Shown here piece after piece: positions 51,601 to 62,290 of a DNA stretch of 64,000 nt (the first letter of the stretch is position 1; every line of letters starts with the position of its first letter). The notes beneath the pieces were generated by a model, which was not told the origin of the DNA, searched no databases, and was given only the letters and a program-made list of their open reading frames with translations. The position numbers and the translations under genes were made by a program. The DNA is from Octopus vulgaris (Eukaryota), in assembly GCA_951406725.2 (NCBI GenBank), contig OX597817.1, forward strand, positions 105,462,001-105,526,000, written 5' to 3'.

Positions 51601-52403
51601 TTCGGTGTTGGTCTCCCGCGATTTATAATTAATTTTTTCCCATCGAAGTCCCTTTTAGAAAAACTAGTTCTCAAAATATCGTTTATAGCACACATTTCAC
51701 TCATTTTGAAAAAGGCTGCTCTTATTTAAGGACCCACGTGGAAGCGCCGGCGTAAATTTTAAGTCAATTTCAACAAAACGGAAAAATACCCTTTGTTAAA
51801 TTAATTTAATATTAATTAGCTATTTCTGAAATAAGAAATATAATGTAAATATTTTTGCTTTCAAAACTTTCTAAAAATATGATAGTGCAAATGGATGTTT
51901 TGGATAAAAAATTTCAAACTTACATGCGAAGGCTATTCCAACATTTCAGCTGGCTAAAACAAGAATTATGGGACAGCTCTTGTTCCGGTCAAAATAGCCA
52001 GAGAGGCGTGAAATGCGATTTTAGCACAGCATGACATGCCAAACTGAATTTGTCGAATCGCTGAGAGAGAAGGGGGTGACCATTCCTCGTAGTATATCTT
52101 TTAAACAAAGAAAGAGGAAGAAGGGACAAACTATCAAAGACAGAGAGAAGGGACTCATGCTGTCTTCCCAACACATGACAAGCAATAAATTTATCGAGTC
52201 ACTAAGATAGAGAGAGAGAGAGAGAGGAAGGAAGGACAAACTAATACAGACAGAGAGGGAGTGTGTATCATGCGATCTAAAAGCATTTATCAAAGCAGAT
52301 GTACGAAGTGGAGACAATATTTCTAAAACAACTGGACGTATTTTCTTTGAAACAAAGAAGGCATGCAGTGCATACCTTGCATTGCTGAGAGTGCACGCCC
52401 CTG
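48636..52403 (-). mobile_element. Full-length hAT DNA transposon in MRM3 intron 2
   Basis: TIRs CAGTGGCGTGC / GCACGCCCCTG (10/11 match). Perfect 8-bp TSD CCATACAC at 48628-48635 and 52404-52411. Transposase on the minus strand. Confidence 0.96.
49563..51413 (-). CDS. hAT transposase (ZMYM1-like; DUF4371 + hAT dimerisation domain). Reading frame extends to ATG 51704 through one TAG at 51575-51573
   Basis: 616-aa ORF with SILVDETSD, AQTYDGAATMAG, IHCCAHILNL (CxxH), TRWN and PSTTASVERSFSALSRIKT. The upstream in-frame region encodes a TTF-type zinc finger (KWL...LFCWPCLLF...W...KHE.S.H). Confidence 0.9.
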   Translation of the reverse strand: MAMLKHERSQRHIKCLIDLKIFGNVRIDLQLDARKNQSIQQHNEKVRRNRSILQRLIDVVIFLGPQELSFRGHFESEGSNNRGNYKELVYLISKYDKQMESHLDTASIFTGLSNRIQNDLIEAIHKVMLNEMQKEIDQAKFVSILVDETSDVSASSQLSTVLRYVTEDCVTKEPFIGFSDVSADRSANALSEHVFKCIETWECGNKLIAQTYDGAATMAGQLNGLQAKVRKKYECAIFIHCCAHILNLVLSQSCSAMKECKIFFSTINGLGTFFTKSPKRTNALDNIVKKRFPKATATRWNYSSRLIITTKENYNFIISLFEHIIENPEAWDDITINSAIGFLHTLKAPDFLFLLEVFSDIFSFTDVLFNILQSKSHDIVYCKQQIDKTRTVLENKLDNFSVFYDRLGEKYGVDAGIGIQRSKNISIDPQRHYRTLYNKIISTIVDQIKARYSSLEEFKFMELLNFNKVDEYCKQFPVDSLDSLRTTYGRFFDVIRLQSELNVMYSMKDFKKPSVSHLMSYINSTDLVEAMPELFNLCKLILTIPSTTASVERSFSALSRIKTYQRNATGERRLSGLALMSIEKDLLQELMKREDFYENVIDIFAQKDRRIELIYK

Positions 52404-54261
52404 CCATACACTAATGCATCTCTGCTATTCAGGCAATACTTTATATTTCAACTTCTTTCCTAAGAGTGTTTGTATTGACTCTAATCTTCCACACACTCAA
52501 CTCTCTCACCTGGATATCACTTACAAAAACTACTAGTTACTCTTGCTCAAAATTTCACTTCCCTGTTCCTTTCTCTAACTCTTTCACCTACTAGCAGTTG
52601 TTTGTCAAACTCTCCTGCATTAAAAACATCAGTCTCAACTAATCCTCTCTCAAGCTGTCGTTTTCAATTACTTCAATACTCACATTACACTGTTGTAACT
52701 TTTTTTTTTGGTCAGTGTTGTTTCCTACTTGCTTCTACCTGTAAATCAAAGGAAATTACTACTAATCCCTTCAATCTTTGCTTTTGTCTTCTGGACATCA
52801 ATGTTTTGAAACTGACCTATTTTCCATTACATCTCAGATAAATTCAGCGCTGAGTTGTTGCAGCAGAAATATCATAGCAAATATTCTGCTCGATACCACA
52901 GATTTGCTTGTCAACTGCTTGACCTTAATCACTTGATCATGTCCCAGGGTGGCTGACAATATGTGCATCTCTGATCATGAACAGGATTAGTGGGGGAGCA
53001 TCATAGCCATATGTTGAGAAGGATTCTCATAGGGTTTGAATAAATGTAACAAAAGCAAAGTTTGAAGAAAATATTAACTATATTTTCATAGTTTCAAGGG
53101 GTAAGAAAGTAGGAAATAACAGATGCTGCTCAAGGACAAAAATTGTGTTACACAGTTTTATTCTTCCCTTGCTTCCTGTTACCATGTTATGGTTCTGACA
53201 GTTTGAGGCAAGGAAATCAGTCTTAAATATTTCCTCTTTATTAAGCATGTTAATGTTACAGTCTGACTATATTAGTGGCATTATTCCCTTTATTGCAATG
53301 GATTTTATGTATTTTAAATTGCATACGATGAAATTACAATGTAATCACCATTTTCATTCTTTGTAACCCTGTTGGAGCTACAATGACTACTTTTCAGGAA
53401 TAAATTATTCTTTCCATTTATCCTGAATTATCCTTTAATCTTTTAATCTTTATTAGTTTTCCAATAGCAAACATATCAATGATCACTGCATATATGGGTG
53501 CTGGTATGGTCTTGCATTGTAAGTAAAAATCAGTCTAAGCAAATTCTCTGGAGGCTTGTCATATCTATATCTATCTATATATATATAATAGATCAGGATT
53601 CAAGTGAATCTAGCACTTAAATGGTAAGGCATTGGGTCAGGTCAAAAAGTGAAATGTATACACAACAAAAATAGAGGAATTCATATGTGAGTACTGAAGT
53701 ACAGATAGATATTCAGGTTATGTATATGATTAACTGTACCCAACTGAGTAAATCAATAGCCCTGAGGCTAATCAACAAACGTACATTGTACTAAATATAG
53801 TCCATAATATACTTCAGATCTACACAAGGAGCAAGTTCCGTGAGAGGTGAATAGTAAATGAATAAATAACAACAGTTGGATAATATGTCTCCATTAATCA
53901 ATGAAAAATTTGTTGGAAATAGTGGTAATGAATTGACACACTATCCATCTGTTCTTATACGCACACACACATACACATGAGTGTGTGTGAGCAAGGAAAG
54001 TGACAATTTGGAGTGTCAAACTAAAATGCATTGTGGTATTCTACCTGAGTTTCACAGACACTCCCTCATTAATCTTGTTTTTGGAAATGCAGTGGACTAG
54101 CGAAAGACCTATTGAAAATGACAATGTCAGTGTTGTTCACAAAGTACAAAGAAATTTACAAAATTATAAGGACCATGCTTTTTTTTTCTCTCTCTTTTTT
54201 TTTTTTTTGTACTAAATCTGAAAGTATTTGAGCAAATTTTTACCTTATAAACTTCTTTCAG

Positions 54262-54420
54262 CTATTTTCAAAATGCCAAGTACTGGAGAATCCCTTGTCA
54301 CTCAGACTAAGACAATTCCTTTAACTATTATTCTTGATAATATCCGAGACTCTGGTAACATGGGTACTTTGATACGATCTGCTGCTGCTGTTGGTTGTTC
54401 AAAAGTTCTTGCATCTGTAG
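54262..54420 (+). CDS. MRM3: MRM3 coding exon 3 (SPOUT motif 1)
   Basis: Acceptor TTCTTTCAG|CT, donor GTAG|GTAAG, phase 1-1. Encodes AIFKMP...PLTIILDNIRDSGNMGTLIRSAAAVGC. Confidence 0.93.
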
Positions 54421-54477
54421 GTAAGTAATTTTTTATCTAGCATATAATAATTTAAAGGAAGTCTATTTAACATGGTC

Positions 54478-55035
54478 CCGAACAGAGAGACCAGCTATCT
54501 GAGTTGACAGAAACATGATAGACAAAGCAATTAAGGTAGCTGCTAAACTAAGAATTGGCTGGGTAAAGTTCAGAGAACTATTACCTTTATTGATTACTAA
54601 GGGCCTCTCCCTCAGAGTGAAAGGCAAACTGTGATGCCTGTATACAGACAGCTATGCTACATGACAACAAAACATGGGCTGACTGCAGAGGACATGTGAA
54701 GGCTTGAAAAAAAATGATGCCAGCATGCTCTGCTGGATGTGCAATGGCACTCTGCATGTACAACAAAGTGTAAATGTTTTGAAAGAAAAATTGGGTATAA
54801 GAGGTATCAGATGTAGTGTGCCAGAGAGAAGACTGCACTGGTTTGGTCATGTGATGTGTATGGACGAGGATAGCTGTGTAAAGAAGTGCCAATCTCAAAA
54901 TATGAAGGGGATCTGTGGAAGAGATGAAGTGGTGAGAAATGATCTTCAAATATTGAGCCTAACAGAGATGACAAAGGACTGAGACTACTGGTGATATGCT
55001 GTGCTTGAGATGACCTGCCCAGCAAAGTAAAATCC
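54478..55035 (+). mobile_element. RTE LINE 3' fragment in MRM3 intron 3
   Basis: RIGWVKFRELLPLLITKGLSLRVKGKL; NDASMLCWMC..ERRLHWFGHVMCM. Confidence 0.85.
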
Positions 55036-55721
55036 ATGCCCATGATACCCTCTCTCTCCTGCAATCCACCCATGCTCACCACTGTGGTTTCACTTATCAC
55101 CTCCATTTTCCCTTATGTGTCCACTTACCTATCTACACATAATATGCAACTGTTAAATCCTTTTCCTTCTTCACCACTTCTAGCTACCATTCTCCTTTTG
55201 AAATCTTGTGAACTCACCCGCCTACCCATCTTCTATCTCCAGTCCACCCCACTATATACATCACTCTCTAACTTGGGTGTATGGGCCACTACCCGCTTTC
55301 TATCACATTTTCACCATCTTTCTCTCCTCATTCTCTTCTTCATCTGAGGAAGCCACGTCTTTCTTCTAATGCAAGACACCTTTCTATCCCTCAGTACTAC
55401 TCCCACCTCACTTGAAGAGGTCTTGTCTTGCAAATTACCTGGTGACTTCACTGCTGCTGGTGCCACATAAAAAGCACCCAGTACAGTTGGTATCAGGAAG
55501 GGTACGGTCAGCCACAGAAACTATGCCATAGCAGACAGCAGAGCTTGGTGCAGTCTCCTGACTTACCTGTTCCTGTCTAAACATCCTAACCCTGCATGGA
55601 AAACATACATCTTGTAATAATGATGATGATCTTTCTTTTATATATATAGTATACAATGAGAAAATCAATATGTATTCTAGCATTAATTAAACATGATTTG
55701 CTAATGAAATATTACCATTTA

Positions 55722-56102
55722 TAGCCACAAGTATGGCTGTGTGGTTAAGAAACTTGCTTTGTAGTTATATGATTTAGGGTTCAATCCCACTGTACAGCAC
55801 CTTGGGCAGATGTCTTCTACTATAGCTCAGTACTGACCAATATTCTTTAAGTGAATTTGGTGAGCAGAAACTTGCCGTGTGTGTGTGTTTGTATATTTTC
55901 ATTTGTTCCACCATTGCTTGACAACTCATGTTGGTTTGTCTTTGTCTCTATAATTTAGTGTATCAGCAAAAGAGACCAATAGAATAAATACTAGATTTGA
56001 AAAATAAGTACTGGAGATGATTTGTTCAACTAAGCCCTTCAAGGTAGTGCTCTGTCTAGCATGACTGCAGTCCAATGACTGAAACAAGTAAACAACAAAA
56101 GA
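55722..56102 (+). mobile_element. SINE family B, diverged
   Basis: Similarity to 40366-40784. Confidence 0.8.
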
Positions 56103-56389
56103 TATTCTGTTCTATCTGATGAACTGTATTTGCCGCTCAAGATGTTATAAATCTCTTCTCCCCTGATGTTGACCACCACTAATCTGAATGAACTAATGTG
56201 TTTAACTGTAGGAGTTTATGGTTTATGTATACAGAATATATGGTTTATGTATAAAGAATATTACCAGCCAGTGGTCTGAATCTTTTGATGGTTTTGACCA
56301 AAGCAGTGTTATTGTATTTGACATGAGCAGAGCAAAGGTTTTTTTTACTGTGTCATGAGAACCTCCTGGCTAAGATACTGTTATCTTTT

Positions 56390-56640
56390 ATTTTTTACTT
56401 GTATCAGTTATTAGTCTATGGCCATGCTGGGGCACTGCCTTGGAGAATTGTTTAGCTGAATAAATCGACCCCAGTAGTTTTTTCTTTTTTCTTTTTTGTT
56501 AAGCTTGGTACTTATGGGCTTCTTTCAGTTTCTGTCTACTAAATCCACTCACAAGGCTTTGGTCAGCCCAGGACTATAGTAGAAGACACTTGCTAAAGGT
56601 GCCATGTGATTGGGAAGCAAGTTTCTTACCACACAGCCAC
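56390..56640 (-). mobile_element. SINE family B, internally deleted
   Basis: Reverse-complement similarity to other copies. Confidence 0.8.
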
Positions 56641-56903
56641 AATGCGAATGGACTTCAACTGTCTCTCATCTCTTAGACTGGAAGCCTCTCATCAAACCAC
56701 GTCATCTTAACAAAGTTCTCTGTCCGAACTGCAGTCTATCAGTTTTACTGTGCACCAGTGTTTGGTTATGTCTGTACACTTTGGATATGTTTCACTATTA
56801 TTTGTCCTCCTCAACAATGCCAGCTTTAACCATACTTCAGCAAATGTGCAGTAATCTAAACTTTAGTGAGGAAATCTAGTTAAACAGAAACATATCTGAA
56901 GTT

Positions 56904-57382
56904 CATCATCATCATCGTTTAACGTCTGCTTTCCATGCTAGCATTGGTTGGACGATTTAACTGAGGACTGGCGAACCAGATGGCTGCACCAGGCTCCAAT
57001 CTTGATCTGGCAGAGTTTCTACAGCTGGATGCCCTTCCTAACACCAACCAGCCTGAGAGTGTAGTGGGTGCTTTTACGTGCCACCGGCACAAGGGCCAGT
57101 CAGGCGGTACTGGCAATGGCCATGAAAAAATTGTTTTTTTTTTTACGTGTCACCTGCACACCAGCACAAGTGCCAGTAAGGCAACGCTGGTAACGATCGT
57201 GCTCTTAGTGCTCCACTTGCACGGATGTCAGTCATCGAATTTGATTTCAATTTCACTTGCCTCAACAGGTCTTCGCAAGCAGTGTCCAATGAAGGGAAGG
57301 TATGCATAAGTGGGCTGGTTACACCCCTGGCATAGGCCACAAAGTTATGGTCTCACTTGGCTTGCCGGGTCTTCTCAAGCAC
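56904..57382 (-). mobile_element. RTE-related retroposon 3' end with a (GAT)n tail (related piece at about 55420-55630)
   Basis: CATCATCATCG-TTTAACGTCTGCTTTCCATGC terminus; similarity to the RTE 3' end near 54990-55020. Confidence 0.6.
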
Positions 57383-57505
57383 CGTTCGTTATATGCCAGA
57401 ATAATTAAAATAATATTAGTCATTGACTAATATTGTCTTTTCTTTTCCACATAATTAGCTCTGTTATGTTCATTATATTAACATAGTAATATTAACTTAA
57501 CTATT

Positions 57506-57706
57506 GGGCAAGAAGCTGGCAGAACTGTTAGCATGTCAGGCAAAATGTTTAGTGGCATTTTATCGTATAAACTTCTTTCAGCTATTTTTAAAATGCCAAA
57601 TTCTTCCAAGGTTAACTTTGCCTTTCATCCTTTTGTGGTCAATAGAAATAAGTATGAGTTGAGCACTGGGATCAGTGTAATCGATTTTGTGCCAAAATTT
57701 GAAAAC
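57506..57706 (+). mobile_element. SINE family A carrying a 34-bp copy of the MRM3 exon-3 acceptor
   Basis: SINE body interrupted at 57566-57599 by sequence 33/34 identical to 54246-54279. Confidence 0.85.
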
Positions 57707-57889
57707 AGTATTTTCTTAAATTGGATATTATAGAAGCAAATAAAATAAAAGTTCTTTTTAGATTAAAATTCCATAGACCCTCTCTTATTGATACTGACTG
57801 ATAAAATATATGAATAAATTAATTATGTGCATTATTTATAAACTTGAACATTATATTATTTACTAATTAAATATGCTTTCATCTTTTAG

Positions 57890-58443
57890 GTTGTGTGGAT
57901 ATCTGGGAGCCTAAAGTACTACGATCTGCCTGTGGATCACATTTCCGAGTTCCAATCATTAACAATATATCTTGGGGAAGCATGTCAAACTACCTGGGAA
58001 AAGAGCCTCAAGTACTATTGGCATCAACGTTGAGTAGTGAAACACCGCAATTGCATCCTGTTTACAGTTTTGAAGATATTGATCAATTAATCAAACAATC
58101 AGAAAGTGATGAGTCAATAGATGATGACTCAGTGGCCAATGAGTCAGACAAGACTCAAGAAAACAAAATAGACTTGTCTGTTGAGGAGGAAATGTACCAC
58201 AAAGTGCCACTATCTCACAATGTGTATCACCGGGTTTCTTACACAGGAAAAGAGATTGTTCTTGTAGTTGGAAATGAAGCTCATGGACTAAGTGCTGATG
58301 CTAAAAAGTTTGCTTTCAAACATTATGGCCAGTATGTATCTATTCCATTGGCTAATGGAGTTGATAGCCTAAATAATGTCGTGGCTGCTTCTATTTTTAT
58401 GTTTGAAATTCAGAAACAAATGAACAGTTCTCGCCAAGTATAA
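57890..58443 (+). CDS. MRM3: MRM3 coding exon 4 (SPOUT motifs 2/3, SAM-binding knot), stop TAA
   Basis: Acceptor CTTTTAG|GT. Encodes GCVDIWEPKVLRSACGSHF...LVVGNEAHGLS...IPLANGVDSLNNVVAASIFMFEI. Joined CDS is 1245 nt = 414 aa, open throughout. Confidence 0.95.
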
Positions 58444-58689
58444 CATCAACTTTGATTTCAGTAGATTAGAAAGTGCAGTATGTAAAATAGGTTTTATATG
58501 GATTGATGAAATTTCTGTGAAAATATATTTAAATATACCCAAAGCTTAATTTCACTTTTGTACTTGTTGAGCTGTACTTACTGTTTACCATTACTTTTGA
58601 CAGGTGCAGTGTGGCCAAATGTTTAAGAAGTTTGCCTTACAATCATGAGGTTCTAAGTGTGATATTACTATGTAGAATTTATTTTATAT

Positions 58690-59025
58690 GTTACTTGTGT
58701 CAGTCATTAGACTGTGGCCATGCTGGGGCACCATCTTGAGTTTTTAGTCGAATGAATCAATCCCAGTACTTTTCTTATTAAACCTGGTACTTATTCTATC
58801 AGACTCTTTTGTTTGAAAGAACACTGATTGTCAAGTGATGATGGGGGACAAAAACAGACACAAAGACACATGCACACACACAACAGGTTTTTTTTTCAAT
58901 TGCCATCTGCCAAATCTACTCACAAAGCTTTAGTCAGGCCAAGGCTACAGTAGAAGACACTTTCCGAAAGTGCCACACTGTGTGACTGAACCCAGAACCA
59001 TGTGGTTGCAGAGTGAGCTTCATAT
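58690..59025 (-). mobile_element. SINE family B downstream of the MRM3 stop (a + strand head fragment lies at about 58603-58660)
   Basis: Similarity to other copies. Confidence 0.8.
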
Positions 59026-59449
59026 CACCCTCAGGCCAACCTTTACTTTGTGTATGAAATTGGTTAGACAAAAACTATACTGAAGCTCATTAGATGAAAA
59101 GTACATGTAATTCAGAAAGTACAGCCTTGACATACACTGTGCCATACATGTGTGTGGCATACCCAGCCATTAGTATATACTGGTTGAACAACTGATTCCT
59201 CATTGTTGAACAACGAAGATCTACTAACATTGTTTTTGAGCACTTATTTCAATGAACTCAGTTGAAATTTTTGATTTTTAATATATTATTTCCCAATAGA
59301 AAATACAAGCCCATAAAATAGATAGAATTAAAGGGGAATCTATTTAACTTTTTTCTATAGTAGCCATTCATCAAATATAAAAGTAGACAGGGCTCATCTC
59401 AAGATACTGAAATTTGAAGAGGAGTTAATGTGTTGGAGAAACTACACAA

Positions 59450-61450
59450 TTCTAGGGCTGCTGCTATCAACGTTGGCACTATGAAAGGTAGGTCTGGTGA
59501 GATTATTGAAATGCTGGAGCATTGGTAGTAAGATGGAAGGGAACCTCAGCTAGGTTTCTCGCGGGTAAGAAACAGGTTCAAATTCTCCTGGGTATGCAAA
59601 AGTGATAGAGTGGGTGATGTAAGCATATTCTTAACAGAAAAGTGGGTAGATGAGATAATTGAGGTAGTTAGAATGTGCAATAGGGTTATTAAGCTGAAAC
59701 TTATAGATAAATTAACAGTTACGTTTATCTCTGCCTATGCTCCACAGTCTGGGCTGGCTGATGACAAGAAGGACCAACTTTATGAGGTCCTTCTGCAGAC
59801 TACCTCAACGTTAAATGATAGAAACTTGGTTATTGTGGCTGGTGACTTTAATGGAGATGTTGGGCAGCATTCCCATGCATGGTAGTTATGGCTTTGGCTC
59901 TAGGAATGAGGTGGGAACAAGGCTACTGGAGTTCTGTGATGCAAATGGTCTTGTGATCTGCAACCCTAACTTCAGAAAACCAACCAGCCACCTAATCACT
60001 TATCAGTCTGGTGGGTACATAAGCCAGATCAATTACCTCATCACCAGGCAATGAGATAGGCAGATGTGAAGAGTGTACACCCCAACATAAGTTACTAGTT
60101 AGTGACTTCAGAATTAAAGTTAGAAACAGTGAGAAATAAACCATTCTGGAAAAGATTATGAAAGCTCAAAGATCCAGCAAACTAAATTTAGAAATTTAGA
60201 GATATTCAAATGGAAGCCTCTGACAAAAGAGAGAGGAGGAAGCAGAGACATATAGCTTAGGGGACAATTGAAAGTTCCTGTGGGACAATCTACTGAGGGC
60301 TGCAGACCAAATCCATGGCTGGTGCAACCAGCTATGCTAAGGGTGATATGATGGTGGAACAAAGGAGGTAGACAGTACTATAAAAGCAAAGACACAGGCC
60401 TGGAAAGACTAGAAAAATGGTGGAAGCAGAGAATTATAAAGGTAGACATAAGGGAAGATAGGTGACAGGTTTACATAGCAGAAGGTAAGAGATTTGTCAA
60501 TGTTCTACAGTGTGAGCTGTTCAGGATTGCAAAGCAGTGTATCAGAGATAATAGTATTGTGGGGTGAGAAATGTATCTGAAGGGATAATGGTATGCTTGC
60601 ATTTTGTGACTCAGAGAAGAAACATGCATAAAAGTGCCATTATGAAAGATTACTAAATGTGGAAAATGCATGGGAGAAGAAGAATCAAATATTGAACCAA
60701 CTGAGGGACCAGCCATCAGAGTTGATAGTAGTATTATAGATAAGGCAATTATGGATATGAAGATAGGGAAAGCCCCTGGACCATCAGGAATCACTGCCAA
60801 GATGAATAGAATATCTGGCAGTGTAGGATACAGCCTAGTTACTCATATAGTTAACCATGTTTTTCAGGAAGGTGTCATCTCCAGTGACTGGTGCAGTAGT
60901 GTTATAGTTGGCTGCTACAAGAGTAAAAGTGGTGCTTTAGATGGAAACAATTACAGAAGTATCAAAATACTAGACCGGGTTATGAGAGTTATAGCTCAAT
61001 TGATTAGAAATAGAATTAAAGTAGCTGAGATGCAGTTTGGTTTTGTACCTGGGAAGAGTACCACAAATGCCATCTTCCTAATGAGACAGCTGCAGGAAAA
61101 GTGTTTGGCCAAAAGTAAGTCATTGTACTTCTGTCGACTAGGGGAAAGCTTCTGACAAAGTCCCTTGCTCTGTTACCTGGTGGTCCCTAAGAAAATTAGG
61201 AATAGAGGAGTGGCTTGTTAGAGCAGTACAAACCAAATACAGTAGTGTTCTCAGTAAGTTGAGAGTGTTATCAAGAAAGCAAATAAGCCTCTCTTTCCAT
61301 CAGGTAAATGGCCCTGCTCAATATGTAGGAAAGGAGTTGGAAGTCACTGCATCCAGTGTAAGTTGCCTTCATGTGTGGCAGATGTGCAGGAACAATAAAC
61401 ACAAAGGGCATACGGGACTTAGACTCTCTTGAGGTAGTGGATGGTTTCTG
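59450..61450 (+). mobile_element. Decayed RTE LINE (endonuclease plus RT)
   Basis: INVGTMKGRSGEI; ISAYAPQSG..GDFNG; RNEVGTRLLEFC; GKAPGPSGI..NYRSIKIL..MQFGFVPGKSTTNAIFLMRQLQEK. Confidence 0.92.
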
Positions 61451-61459
61451 TGTGATTCA

Positions 61460-62290
61460 AATAATGATAGCTTTCTCCAAAATCCTTTGATGATTCTGGA
61501 GAGATCTCAGAAGTTTCAAGTTCAATTTATTCATGTGGAATGTGATGTCAACCAAAAATGATAACTTTATCTATTTCTCTTTGGAGCTTATAAAAACAAA
61601 ACAGGACTTTGCCACAACTGAGCCACCTCACTGTTATGTGATAAGGCAAGTCACAGAATTCAGAATCAGTTTCTTTAAGAAAATCCTGAAACTGGCTGTG
61701 ATTAAGTGCATGACCCTGAATGACGTTCACCCCAGAAACAACTAATTTCAGTACACAAGAAATATCTAAGTCTTTCCCACAGAGTGCTTGATGATGTATA
61801 ATGCAGTGTATAAAAAAAGTGCCCAGAAGTTGAAGATCTTCCAACTTAGTTTTGATCTGCCCCACCTGCGCCTTCCTCACTCCAGCCAAGTCTTTCACTC
61901 CATCAACTGAAGCACATCAAAGCTGATTCCACTGCAAAGTTTTCTGCACTTCCATCTTATGCACTATTTTGTAACGAGTGACCTTCATTTTCAGCAAACA
62001 TTCTCATGAAGAGATTCCTTTCAGATTCCAAACTACGTTTCATTAACTCAAATTTCTCAGAATGCAACTTTCCAGAAAATTTTAAATATATTGACAGATG
62101 TTTTGTTTCATAGTGACACTGAAGACTGTACTCTTTCAAAACGGCAACACTTTCTTTGCATATCATGCAACTAGCTTTCTGGTTGTTTGTTTCCACAAAA
62201 AAGTACTTTTCTCCCCATTCTTCATTGAAAAGGCGACACTCAGCAGCTACTTTTTTTTTTATTAGTAACCATAACGATGAGTAAAGAAAA
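61460..62290 (-). pseudogene. Decayed hAT Charlie/Buster (GTF2IRD2/SPIN-like) transposase
   Basis: KVAAECRLFNEEWGEKYFFVE..CMICKESVAVLKEY..HYETKH; IHCIIHHQALC..ALNHSQF..DLPYHITVRWLSCGKVL. Confidence 0.88.

Noticed and set aside
57533-57733. ORF resembling a duplicated MRM3 exon 3
   Set aside because: Only 34 bp match and the rest is SINE, so it is not a mutually exclusive coding exon. Reported as a templated insertion instead.
58080-58190. Acidic stretch within the MRM3 SPOUT domain
   Set aside because: An acidic low-complexity loop at this position is also present in vertebrate MRM3, so it is not novel.
58444-58600. MRM3 polyadenylation signal
   Set aside because: No canonical AATAAA/ATTAAA seen before the downstream SINE; the 3' end cannot be placed.
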